DNA from: Sphingomonadales bacterium
GTDB taxonomy: Bacteria > Pseudomonadota > Alphaproteobacteria > Sphingomonadales > Sphingomonadaceae
Length of the DNA: 64,000 nt
Direction of reading: 5' to 3'
NCBI GenBank assembly: GCA_028870315.1
Contig: JAGWPW010000056.1
Span: 8,683-72,682, forward strand
The number at the start of each line of letters is the position of its first letter. Within the stretch, counting starts at the first letter, position 1. Below the pieces are notes generated by a model. That model was not told where the DNA came from. It ran no database searches and saw only the letters and a list, made by a program, of their open reading frames with translations. A program made the translations under genes and the position numbers. This document shows positions 20,689 to 29,542 of this stretch, one piece after another.

Positions 20689-20763
20689 GGCCCCTTCGTC
20701 TAGCGGTCAGGACGCGGCCCTCTCACGGCTGAAACACGGGTTCGATTCCCGTAGGGGTCACCA
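20689..20763 (+). tRNA. tRNA-Glu, anticodon CUC
   Basis: Identical to the upstream tRNA except the wobble base (CTC at 20722-20724). Encoded CCA. Confidence 0.97.
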
Positions 20764-20783
20764 GTTCGGCGCCACCGGCGCGG

Positions 20784-20801
20784 TTGACACAGATTTGTCA
20801 C
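20784..20801 (+). promoter_or_regulatory. Candidate Pho box upstream of phoR
   Basis: TTGACAC-AGAT-TTGTCAC: two half-sites at 11-bp period resembling CTGTCAT-N4-CTGTCAY. Confidence 0.5.
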
Positions 20802-20878
20802 AAGCGACATTCATGGCCCTGTCTGGCGTACCGCGGCATCGTGCCGGCGGGCGTGACGTGGAGCGCGAAATCATAACG

Positions 20879-22099
20879 ATGTCTGGCAAACCTCCGATTC
20901 CCTGGCCGGGCATGGCCATGGCGTTGCTGGCCGCTCTGGCGCTCGCCGCCACCGTCGGCGAGCCGGGGCTGGCGATCGCGCTGTTGCTTGCATGGGTCGC
21001 CAGCTTGTGGATCGAATGGCGACGGCGGCCGGTTGCGGCGGAACCGCCGGCGACCGGGCCCCGCGTCGATATCGATGCGGTGATGCGCGGCGCGATGTGC
21101 GCGGCGATCGAACCGCTCGATGCGCCGCTGCTGCTCGCCCATGCGCATCGCATCCTTGCCGCCAATGCCGCGGCGCGCACCGCGCTCGGCGGGCATATCG
21201 TCGGGCAGGACGCGCGGGTGGCGCTGCGCCATCCCGATGCGGTAACACTGCTCGACCTTGCCGACGGCGGATCGGCGACGATCCGCGGGCTGACCGGCGC
21301 GCGCAGCCTGTGGCAGCTCACCCGGCGGCGGATCGATGCCACCCACTGGATCATCGAACTGCGCGATCGCAGCCCCGAGGCCGATCTCAGCCGCGCGCAC
21401 ACCGATTTCGTCGCCAATGCGAGCCACGAACTGCGCACCCCGCTGTCCTCGATCATCGGCTATGTCGAAACGCTGGCGGACGCGCCGGGCGCGCTCGATC
21501 CCGAGACCACCGCGCGATTCCTGGCGACGGTGCTGCGCGAGGCGCGCCGCATGCAGAACCTTGTCGCCGACCTCATGTCGCTGTCGCAACTCGAAGCGGA
21601 AAAGCACGACATCCCGACCGATAGCGTCGATCTCGGCGCGCTGGCGGCGCGGGTGGTCAATGAATTCACGCATGGCGAGAGCGAGGGGCGGGTGCGGCTC
21701 GCCCCCTCGCCCGAGCCGATGCGGGTAACCGGCGACATGAGCCAGATCGAGCAATTGCTGCGCAATCTGGTCGATAATGCACTGAAATACGGCGATGCCG
21801 GCCAGCCCGTCGATGTCGGCCTGTCTATCGAGGGCACGCAACTCGCGCTGGTGACGATCACCGATCATGGCCCGGGCATCGCCTCGGACCATCTTCCCCA
21901 TCTGACGCGGCGCTTCTACCGCGCCGATGCCGGGCGCAGCCGGGCCGCGGGCGGCACCGGGCTGGGGCTTGCGATCGTCAAGCACATCGTTGAGCGGCAC
22001 CGCGGCAAGCTCGATATCACGAGCGCGATCGGCGTCGGCACGCAGGTTTCGGTGCGGTTGCCACTGGTCCCCGCGCCAGCGGCGCTGACGCCCGCCTGA
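20879..22099 (+). CDS. phoR: Phosphate regulon sensor histidine kinase
   Basis: FVANASHELRTP, NLVDNALKYG, DHGPGI, GGTGLGLAIVKH, N-terminal TM plus PAS-like region. Adjacent to phoU-phoB. Confidence 0.88.
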   Translation: MSGKPPIPWPGMAMALLAALALAATVGEPGLAIALLLAWVASLWIEWRRRPVAAEPPATGPRVDIDAVMRGAMCAAIEPLDAPLLLAHAHRILAANAAARTALGGHIVGQDARVALRHPDAVTLLDLADGGSATIRGLTGARSLWQLTRRRIDATHWIIELRDRSPEADLSRAHTDFVANASHELRTPLSSIIGYVETLADAPGALDPETTARFLATVLREARRMQNLVADLMSLSQLEAEKHDIPTDSVDLGALAARVVNEFTHGESEGRVRLAPSPEPMRVTGDMSQIEQLLRNLVDNALKYGDAGQPVDVGLSIEGTQLALVTITDHGPGIASDHLPHLTRRFYRADAGRSRAAGGTGLGLAIVKHIVERHRGKLDITSAIGVGTQVSVRLPLVPAPAALTPA

Positions 22100-22125
22100 C
22101 CGGCGATCCGGTCCCGGCCGCAAGG

Positions 22126-22154
22126 TCGTCACGGATTTGTCACGATTTTGTCAT
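22126..22154 (+). promoter_or_regulatory. Triple Pho box (PhoB site) upstream of phoU
   Basis: GTCAC at 22128, GTCAC at 22139 and GTCAT at 22150, an exact 11-bp period. Confidence 0.8.
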
Positions 22155-22291
22155 GCTGGGGCGGCAGAGCAGGCGCAGGACCGGAACTCCCCGCCGCGCC
22201 ATGCGCTTTTGCTAGGCGAGCGGAGGCCGGCGCTGCATAACCGATCGCATCCGGCGTCCGTTTGCGGATGGCGGGCCGATGGAGAGTGGAC

Positions 22292-22972
22292 ATGGTTGCG
22301 CAACATACCGTCAAGGCCTTCGACGAGGACATCATCAGTCTGCGCGGGCTCATCAGCGAGATGGGCGGGCTGGCGGAGCTGGCGATCAGCGAGGCGATGG
22401 AAGCGCTGGTGAAGGGTTCGCCGACCCAGGCCGCCGCGGTCGTCGCCCGCGACCGGCGGATCGACGCGCTCGAACAGGAGGTCGATCGCCTGACCGTGCG
22501 CATCCTCGCGCTGCGCGCGCCGCTTGCCGATGATCTGCGCGAGGTGATCGCCGCACTCAAGATCGCCGGCATGCTCGAGCGCGTCGGCGATTATGCCAAG
22601 AACATCGCCAAGCGCGCCGACAGCATCGACGGGCGCGAAGCCTTCGAGCCGCTGACCCTGATCCCGGCGATGGCCGAGATCGCCGGCGAAATGGTTCACG
22701 ACGTACTCACCGCCTATGCCGCGCGCGATCCCGCGCTCGCGGTCGAGATTGTCGATCGCGATGCCAGGGTCGATGCGTTCTACGAAAGCATCTTTCGCAA
22801 TCTCGTGTCGCATATGGTCGAAAATCCGAAGACCATCGGCAGCGCCGCGCAATTGCTGTTCGTCGCGCGCAATCTCGAAAGGATCGGCGACCAGGCGACC
22901 AATATCGCTGAAATGGTCTATTACTCGGCCACCGCCGAATATCTGCAAGAACGCGCCGAACGGCCGGGCTGA
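22292..22972 (+). CDS. phoU: Phosphate signalling complex protein PhoU
   Basis: D..ID.LE, P.A.DLR, ERVGDYAKNIA, D..VD..Y, ERIGDQATNIAE. Confidence 0.95.
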   Translation: MVAQHTVKAFDEDIISLRGLISEMGGLAELAISEAMEALVKGSPTQAAAVVARDRRIDALEQEVDRLTVRILALRAPLADDLREVIAALKIAGMLERVGDYAKNIAKRADSIDGREAFEPLTLIPAMAEIAGEMVHDVLTAYAARDPALAVEIVDRDARVDAFYESIFRNLVSHMVENPKTIGSAAQLLFVARNLERIGDQATNIAEMVYYSATAEYLQERAERPG

Positions 22973-23013
22973 CGGATCGCGGCACCATGCTTCGAGGGGC
23001 AACCAGCACTTCC

Positions 23014-23703
23014 ATGACCACGCCGCGCCTGCTGCTCGTCGAGGATGATCCCGCGCTCGCCGAACTGCTCGAATTCCGGTTCCGGGCCGAGGGCTACAAT
23101 ATCTCGGTCACCGCCGATGGCGATGAGGCGCTGCTGCGCGCCAATGAGGACGTGCCCGACCTGGTGCTGCTCGACTGGATGATCGAGGGCACCAGCGGCA
23201 TCGAGGTGTGCCGGCGCCTGCGCCGCGGCAAGGCCACAGCGCATGTCCCTATCGTCATGCTGACCGCGCGCGGTGCCGAGGATGACCTGATCCGCGGGCT
23301 GGAGACGGGCGCCGACGATTACATCACCAAGCCGTTCAGCCCGCGCGAGCTGATTGCCCGGGTCGCGGCGATCATGCGGCGGATTCGCCCGGCGCTGGCA
23401 GGCGAGATGCTCAGCGTCGGCGACCTCACGCTCGATGCCGTCGCGCATCGCGTCACCCGGCGCGAGCAGACGCTGCAACTGGGGCCGACCGAATTCCGCC
23501 TGCTGCGCTTCTTCATGGAGCATCCCAGCCGGGTGTTCAGCCGTGGCCAGTTGCTCGATGCGGTCTGGGGCACCGAGAGCGACATCGAACTGCGCACGGT
23601 CGATGTCCATATCCGCCGGCTGCGCAAGGCGATCGAGATCGATGGCGCGCCCGACCCGGTGCGCACCGTGCGCTCGGCCGGCTACGCGCTCGAACCGGTC
23701 TGA
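23014..23703 (+). CDS. phoB: Phosphate regulon response regulator
   Basis: LLVEDD, DLVLLDWM, KPFS, LGPTEFRLL, RTVDVHIRRLRK, RTVRSAGY. Confidence 0.95.
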   Translation: MTTPRLLLVEDDPALAELLEFRFRAEGYNISVTADGDEALLRANEDVPDLVLLDWMIEGTSGIEVCRRLRRGKATAHVPIVMLTARGAEDDLIRGLETGADDYITKPFSPRELIARVAAIMRRIRPALAGEMLSVGDLTLDAVAHRVTRREQTLQLGPTEFRLLRFFMEHPSRVFSRGQLLDAVWGTESDIELRTVDVHIRRLRKAIEIDGAPDPVRTVRSAGYALEPV

Positions 23704-24365
23704 AGCGCCAGGCGCGCCTGCCAGCGCGCATAGGCGGCATCGCCGACGAAGGGATTGCTGCGTCGTTCCTCGCCGAAGCGCGATTCGGGACCATGGCCGG
23801 GAACGAAGGCGACGTCATCGCCCAGCGCGAACAGCCGGTTGCGGATCGTGTCGATCAGTGTCGCCAGATCGCCATCGGCATGCTCCCAGGCGCCGATCGT
23901 GCCGCGAAACAGGATATCCCCGACGAAGGCCTGCCGCCGCCCCTCGTGAAAATAGGCGACATGGCCGCGGCAATGCCCCGGGCAATGCAGCACCGACAGC
24001 GTGACGTCACCGAAATGCACGCTGTCGCCATGGTCGAGCCAGCGCGCGGGCGTGAAGCTTTGCGCGGGAACGCCATATTGCGCCCCGAGATCGCCGAGCC
24101 TGGCGAGCAGATGCGCATCGCCGCGATGCGGCCCCTCGATGCGTGCGCCGGTCTGCGCGGCAAAGCGCGCGGCGCCGCCGGCATGGTCGAAATGGCCATG
24201 CGTCACCAGCGCCAGCTCGGGGGTGAGGTCCATCAGCTCGCAGAAGTTGAGGATTTCGTCGAGGTCGCCGCCCGGATCGATCACCGCCGCGCGCAGCGTC
24301 TGCTCGCACCACAGGATCGAGCAGTTCATCTTGTAGCGGGTGACGGGCAGCACCGCGAAATCCAT
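23682..24365 (-). CDS. MBL-fold metallo-hydrolase (YcbL/GloC-like)
   Basis: NCSILWC, THGHFDH, PGH..GH, GDILF, PGHG. Confidence 0.9.
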   Translation of the reverse strand: MDFAVLPVTRYKMNCSILWCEQTLRAAVIDPGGDLDEILNFCELMDLTPELALVTHGHFDHAGGAARFAAQTGARIEGPHRGDAHLLARLGDLGAQYGVPAQSFTPARWLDHGDSVHFGDVTLSVLHCPGHCRGHVAYFHEGRRQAFVGDILFRGTIGAWEHADGDLATLIDTIRNRLFALGDDVAFVPGHGPESRFGEERRSNPFVGDAAYARWQARLALQTGSSA

Positions 24366-24405
24366 GCCGCCACCATGCCATGGCGCGCGCACTGGTCAAA
24401 ACGCT

Positions 24406-25962
24406 TTACAGCCTGGAGACCGGCAGATGCGGCGCATCGGCATCGAGCTCATGGACCTCGACATGGCCGCGCCCGACATGGCTGCGGCTGCGGCTGTAGC
24501 CGAAATAGACGAAAAACCCGAGGACCTGCCAGGCAAGGAAGGCGACCTTGGTCAGCCCCGAAAGGCTGACGAACAGATAGCCGCAGCCGAACACCGCGAG
24601 CGGCGCCACCACCCATACCGCCGGGGTGCGGAACGGGCGATGGCGCCCGGGCGCGCTGATCCTCAGCACCATCACCCCCAGCGCCACCGCGACGAAGGCG
24701 AAAAGCGTTCCCGAATTGGAGAAATCGGCCAGCTGATCGACCGGAAAGATGCCGGCGAACAGCGCGCAGAACACGCCGGTCACCGCGGTCACCACATGCG
24801 GCGTATGGAAGCGCGGATGCACCCTGGCGAAAGCCGGTGGCAACAGCCCATCGCGCGCCATGACGAAGAAGATGCGCGTCTGGCCGTAGATCATCATCAG
24901 GATCACCGAAGGCAGCGCCAGCCCCGCGGCAAGGCGGATGGCGAGCGCCACCGCCGGATGGCCGATCGTCTGCATCACATAGGCGAGCGGGTCCTTGGCC
25001 TGCGCGAAGCCGCCGGCGGGATCGGCCCCCACCGCGCCGATCGCGCCGGCGGCAATCACCAGATAGAGCACGGTGCAGATCGCCAGGCTGCCGATGAGGC
25101 CGATCGGGATGTTGCGGTTGGGGTTCTCGGTTTCCTCGGCGGCGGTCGAGACCGCATCGAAGCCGACGAAGGCGAAGAAGATCGACGCCGCCGCCGCGCT
25201 CACCCCCATCCCCGAGCCGAAGAAGCCGGTGGGCATGAAGCCCGAAACCCCGTTCGGCAACGGCGGGTCGAAGCGCGCGGCATCGAACACCGCATAGGCA
25301 AAGGCGATGAACACGAACAGCGCCACCACCTTGATGATGACGAGGAACGAGGTGAAGCGCGCGCTCTCTTTCGTGCCGCGGATGAGAAGCGCGGTGCAGG
25401 CGAGTGCGATCACCACCGCCGGCAGGTTGACGACCCCCGCGGTGGGCTTGGCTTCGAGGAATTCCCTGGGGATGCCGACCCCCCAGCGCATGAGCGGCCC
25501 GGCGATGCGGCGCAGATCGATATAGGGGCCTTCTATCAGCCTTGCCGGCAGGAAAATGTGGAACTGTTCCATCAGCTTGACGAAATAGCCCGCCCAGCCG
25601 ACCGAGACGGTCGAGGCGGCTATCGCATATTCGAGCACCAGCGCCCAGCCGACGGTCCACGCCGCAAGCTCGCCGAAGGTCGCATAGCTGAAGGTATAGG
25701 CCGAGCCCGAGACCGGCAGCATCGCCGCCAGTTCCGAATAGGCCAGCGCCGCCAGCCCGCAGACCACCGCGCAGATGACGAAGGAGATCATCATCGCCGG
25801 CCCGGCCTTGCTCGCCGCGACCGCCGACAGCACGAAGATGCCGGTGCCGATGATGCCGCCGATGCCCATCATGGTCAGCTGGAAGGCGCCGAGCGAGCGG
25901 TGCAGGCTTTTCCGTTCGGCGGTCGCGAGAATCGCGTCCAACGGCTTGATGCGACCCAGCAT
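24406..25962 (-). CDS. APC-family amino acid permease
   Basis: GIGGIIGTGIF, YSEL..MLPVSGSAY, FFAFVGFDAVST.AEE, MARDGLLP. Confidence 0.92.
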   Translation of the reverse strand: MLGRIKPLDAILATAERKSLHRSLGAFQLTMMGIGGIIGTGIFVLSAVAASKAGPAMMISFVICAVVCGLAALAYSELAAMLPVSGSAYTFSYATFGELAAWTVGWALVLEYAIAASTVSVGWAGYFVKLMEQFHIFLPARLIEGPYIDLRRIAGPLMRWGVGIPREFLEAKPTAGVVNLPAVVIALACTALLIRGTKESARFTSFLVIIKVVALFVFIAFAYAVFDAARFDPPLPNGVSGFMPTGFFGSGMGVSAAAASIFFAFVGFDAVSTAAEETENPNRNIPIGLIGSLAICTVLYLVIAAGAIGAVGADPAGGFAQAKDPLAYVMQTIGHPAVALAIRLAAGLALPSVILMMIYGQTRIFFVMARDGLLPPAFARVHPRFHTPHVVTAVTGVFCALFAGIFPVDQLADFSNSGTLFAFVAVALGVMVLRISAPGRHRPFRTPAVWVVAPLAVFGCGYLFVSLSGLTKVAFLAWQVLGFFVYFGYSRSRSHVGRGHVEVHELDADAPHLPVSRL

Positions 25963-26077
25963 TCCCCAACCCTCGATACAAGAAAGCCGGGACGCTAGAA
26001 GATTGGGCGGCATTGGCAAGCCGGACGGTCGAGATTGCCAGGGATGACGCGGCGCGACGCGGGAGCTAGAAGGCGCC

Positions 26078-26947
26078 ATGTCCACGACCTTCCAGCTCGA
26101 TACCGCGACCAGCCGCGCGCATCCCACCCCCGCCCCGCTGCGCCGCCGCACCGTGCCCGCGCTGCGGGCGCGCAAGGTGGATGGCGTGACCACGGAGCCG
26201 ATCGTCTGCCTCACCGCCTATACCGCGCGCCAGGCGCAATTGCTCGACGCGCATTGCGACCTGCTGCTCGTCGGCGATTCGCTTGGCCAGGTGATCTATG
26301 GCCTGCCGTCGAGCGTGCCGGTCACGCTCGCGATGATGGCGGCGCATGGCGCGGCGGTGGTGCGCGGCAGCTATCGCGCGGTGGTGATCGTCGATATGCC
26401 GTTCGGCAGCTATGAAGCCTCGCCCGAGCAGGCCTTCGCCAATGCCGCGCATCTCCTCAAGGAAACCGGCTGTGCCGGCGTCAAGCTCGAAGGCGGCGCG
26501 GCGATGGCGCCGACCGTCGCCTTCCTTTGCGAGCGCGGCATTCCGGTGGTCGGCCATGTCGGCCTCACCCCGCAGGCGGTGAATGCGCTTGGCGGCTATG
26601 GCGCGCGCGGGCGAAGCGAGGCCGAGGCGGCGAAGATCGTCAGCGATGCCCGTGCGCTCGACGCGGCCGGCGCCTTCGCGATCGTCGTCGAGGGCGTGGT
26701 CGAGCCGATCGCGGTTGCGGTGACCGGCGCCGCCCGCTGCCCGGTGATCGGCATCGGCGGCTCGGCGCGATGCGACGGGCAGATCCTCGTCGCCGAGGAC
26801 ATGCTGGGCATGTTCGAGCGGGTGCCGCGCTTCGTCAAACGCTATGGCGAGATCGCCGGGCTGATCTCCGAGGCGGCCGGGCGGTACGCGGCGGACGTGC
26901 GCGCGCGCAGCTTTCCGGGGCCGGAACAGACCTATCAGCCGAAGTGA
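26078..26947 (+). CDS. panB: 3-methyl-2-oxobutanoate hydroxymethyltransferase
   Basis: [36 protein letters not shown]. Confidence 0.96.
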   Translation: MSTTFQLDTATSRAHPTPAPLRRRTVPALRARKVDGVTTEPIVCLTAYTARQAQLLDAHCDLLLVGDSLGQVIYGLPSSVPVTLAMMAAHGAAVVRGSYRAVVIVDMPFGSYEASPEQAFANAAHLLKETGCAGVKLEGGAAMAPTVAFLCERGIPVVGHVGLTPQAVNALGGYGARGRSEAEAAKIVSDARALDAAGAFAIVVEGVVEPIAVAVTGAARCPVIGIGGSARCDGQILVAEDMLGMFERVPRFVKRYGEIAGLISEAAGRYAADVRARSFPGPEQTYQPK

Positions 26948-26980
26948 GTGGCGCATGCTTGCTCCTCCCGCACCGCAGCC

Positions 26981-28003
26981 ATGATCATGCAACGTCGCTT
27001 CGCCGGCCCGGCGCTGTTCGCCGGCATCTGTCTCGCGCTTGCCGGTGTCTATGGCTGGCACGAGACCGGCGCGGCCGGCGCGACGCTCAGGATGCTCTGG
27101 CTGGTGCTGCTGCTGGCGGTGCTCGAGGTGTCGCTGTCGTTCGACAATGCGGTGGTCAACGCCGCGGTGCTGACCGGCATGGCGCCGCGCTGGCGGCACC
27201 GCTTCCTCACCTGGGGTATGGCGTTCGCGGTATTCGGCACGCGGATCGCCTTTCCGCTGGTGATCGTCGGCATCACCGCCGGGTTGGGGCCGATCGATGC
27301 GGTGGCGCTATCCCTCAACGATCCGGCGCGGTACGAGGCGATCGTCGGTGCCGCGCATGGGCCGATCGCCGGCTTCGGCGGGGCGTTCCTGACGCTCGTC
27401 GGCCTCGCCTTCTTCACCGACGGGGGCAAGGAGCTGCACTGGCTCGGCTGGATCGAGCGGCACCTCACGAAGATCACCTTCGGCCGCGGCGTGGCGGTCG
27501 CGCTGGTGCTGGCGGTGGCGCTGCTCGTCGCGCGCGGGCTGCCGGCGGGCGAGGCGCGCGACTATCTCCTTGCGGCGGCGGTGGGAATCGCCGGCTTCGT
27601 CGCGGTCGAAGCGCTGACCGCGACGATGCGCGGCCGGAGCGCCGGGCCACCGCGATCGGGGCTTGGCGCTTTCCTCTATCTCAACGTGCTCGACGCCTCG
27701 TTCAGCCTCGATGGCGTCATCGGCGCCTTCGCATTGACCCGCAACATGGTGATCATCGCCATCGGCCTGTCGATCGGCGCGGTTTTCGTGCGCTCGCTGA
27801 CCATGGTGATGGTCGAACGCCAGACGCTTGCCACCTATCGCTATCTCGAACATGGCGCCTTCTGGGCGATCCTTGTCCTCGGCCTCATCATGCTGCTTTC
27901 GGCGAGCGTGCCGGTGCCCGAGCCGGTGACCGCGCTGATCGGCGCGGTGCTGATCGGCGGCGGGTGGTGGAGCAGCCGGAACAAGCCCCTCAGCGGGCCT
28001 TGA
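26981..28003 (+). CDS. DUF475 (TerC-like) membrane protein
   Basis: LEVSLSFDNAVVNA, LDASFSLDGVIGAFA, YLEHGAFWAI. Start is 26948 (GTG) or 26981. Confidence 0.85.
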   Translation: MIMQRRFAGPALFAGICLALAGVYGWHETGAAGATLRMLWLVLLLAVLEVSLSFDNAVVNAAVLTGMAPRWRHRFLTWGMAFAVFGTRIAFPLVIVGITAGLGPIDAVALSLNDPARYEAIVGAAHGPIAGFGGAFLTLVGLAFFTDGGKELHWLGWIERHLTKITFGRGVAVALVLAVALLVARGLPAGEARDYLLAAAVGIAGFVAVEALTATMRGRSAGPPRSGLGAFLYLNVLDASFSLDGVIGAFALTRNMVIIAIGLSIGAVFVRSLTMVMVERQTLATYRYLEHGAFWAILVLGLIMLLSASVPVPEPVTALIGAVLIGGGWWSSRNKPLSGP

Positions 28004-29438
28004 ACGAGACGTTCTTCACCACCGTATAGGCCTGCAAGCCCTCGATCGCGCCCTCGCGGCCATAGCCGCTGTCCTTGACCCCGCCGAACGGCGTCTCGGG
28101 GAGCGAGGCGACATAGTGGTTGATCGAGAGATTGCCGCATTCGATGCCGTCGATCAGCCGGTCGGCCTCGGCCGCGCTGTCGGTGAAGGCATAGGCGGCA
28201 AGCCCGAAAGGCAGGCTGTTGGCCATCGCGATCGCCTCGTCGAGATCGGAAAAGCGCTGGATGAGCACCAGCGGGCCGAACGGCTCCTCGTGCAGCACGC
28301 GCGCGTCGCGCGGGATGTCGGCGATCACCGTCACCGGATAGAAGCAGCCCTTGCCCACCGGCCGCTCGCCACCCGCAAGAATGCGCGCGCCGCAGGCGCG
28401 TGCATCCGCGACCAGCGCGTCGACCGCATCGACCCGGCGCGCATTGGCGAGCGGGCCGATCTCGGTCGCGGGATCGAGCCCGCTGCCCATGCGCAGGCTC
28501 GCCGCGCGTTCGGCTGCCGCCGCGACGAAGGCCTCGTAAAGGCTGTCATGGACGATCCAGCGCGTCGGCGAGATGCAGATCTGTCCGGCGTTGCGCGTCT
28601 TCATCACCGCCGCGCCCGCGCCCAGCGCCTGCGCATCGCTGCTTGCGCAGACGATCACCGGGGCATGGCCGCCCAGTTCCATCACCGCGGGCTTCATATG
28701 CGCGCCGGCGAGCGCGGCGAGATGCTTGCCCACCGGCACCGAGCCGGTGAAATGGACCATGCGCACCGAAGGATGCGCGATCAACGCCTCGGAAATCCGC
28801 GCCGGCTCGCCATAGAGAAGGTTGAGCACGCCCGCCGGCAGCCCGGCATCGATCAGCGCCTGCGCCATCTGGATCGAGCCCGCCGGCGTCTCCTCGGACG
28901 GCTTCAGGATGATCGCGCAGCCCGCGGCGAGCGCGCCGGCGATCTTGCGCGCGGGCGAGCTCACCGGGAAATTCCACGGCGAGAAGGCGGCAACGATGCC
29001 CACCGGCTCGCGCAGCACGAGATGGCGCATGCCGGGCTCGGCGGGAACCACCCGGCCATAGAGGCGCAGCGCCTCGTTCGCGTCCCATTCGAACAGCCCG
29101 GCGGCGCGCAGCACCTCGGGCAGCGATTGTGCCAGCGGCTTGCCCTGCTCCAGCGTCGAGGCATGCGCGATCGCGTCGGCACGCTCGCGCAGCAGCGCCG
29201 CCGCCCGCAGCAGGATCCGCGCGCGTTCGGCGGGCGGGGTGCTGCGCCATAGCGTGAAGCCCCGCTCGGCGGCGGCGATGGCAGCGGCGATCTCGCCCGC
29301 GCCGGCCACCGGCAACGCGCCCAGCGTGCTGCCATCGGAAGGGTTCAGCACCGGCAGGCTCGCGGCGGTGCGCCGCCATTCGCCGTCGATCAGCAGGGCC
29401 AGGTCGGGATAGGCGGTGTCAGGATAGACAGTCATCAT
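27990..29438 (-). CDS. NAD(P)-dependent aldehyde dehydrogenase, succinate-semialdehyde dehydrogenase-like
   Basis: PWNFP, KPSEETP, FTGS, ELGGH, GQICIS, EEPFGP, PFGGVKDSG.GREG. Confidence 0.9.
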   Translation of the reverse strand: MMTVYPDTAYPDLALLIDGEWRRTAASLPVLNPSDGSTLGALPVAGAGEIAAAIAAAERGFTLWRSTPPAERARILLRAAALLRERADAIAHASTLEQGKPLAQSLPEVLRAAGLFEWDANEALRLYGRVVPAEPGMRHLVLREPVGIVAAFSPWNFPVSSPARKIAGALAAGCAIILKPSEETPAGSIQMAQALIDAGLPAGVLNLLYGEPARISEALIAHPSVRMVHFTGSVPVGKHLAALAGAHMKPAVMELGGHAPVIVCASSDAQALGAGAAVMKTRNAGQICISPTRWIVHDSLYEAFVAAAAERAASLRMGSGLDPATEIGPLANARRVDAVDALVADARACGARILAGGERPVGKGCFYPVTVIADIPRDARVLHEEPFGPLVLIQRFSDLDEAIAMANSLPFGLAAYAFTDSAAEADRLIDGIECGNLSINHYVASLPETPFGGVKDSGYGREGAIEGLQAYTVVKNVSFKAR

Positions 29439-29542
29439 CGGCTCGCTCGCGCGGCGAAAGGCGCCGCGCGCAGCCTGTCTGCCCGTGATCACGCCGGGCT
29501 GGCAAGCGGTTTGAAGCCGGCCAGCCCGATGCGGGACCGCGC

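Noticed and set aside
20543-20763. Direct repeat as a CRISPR unit or an attL/attR pair
   Set aside because: Both copies are full 75-nt tRNA cloverleafs. There are only two units, no cas genes and no integrase.
23682-23703. phoB / MBL hydrolase 3' overlap as a frameshift or assembly error
   Set aside because: Short overlaps between convergent genes are common in GC-rich genomes, and both proteins appear complete.
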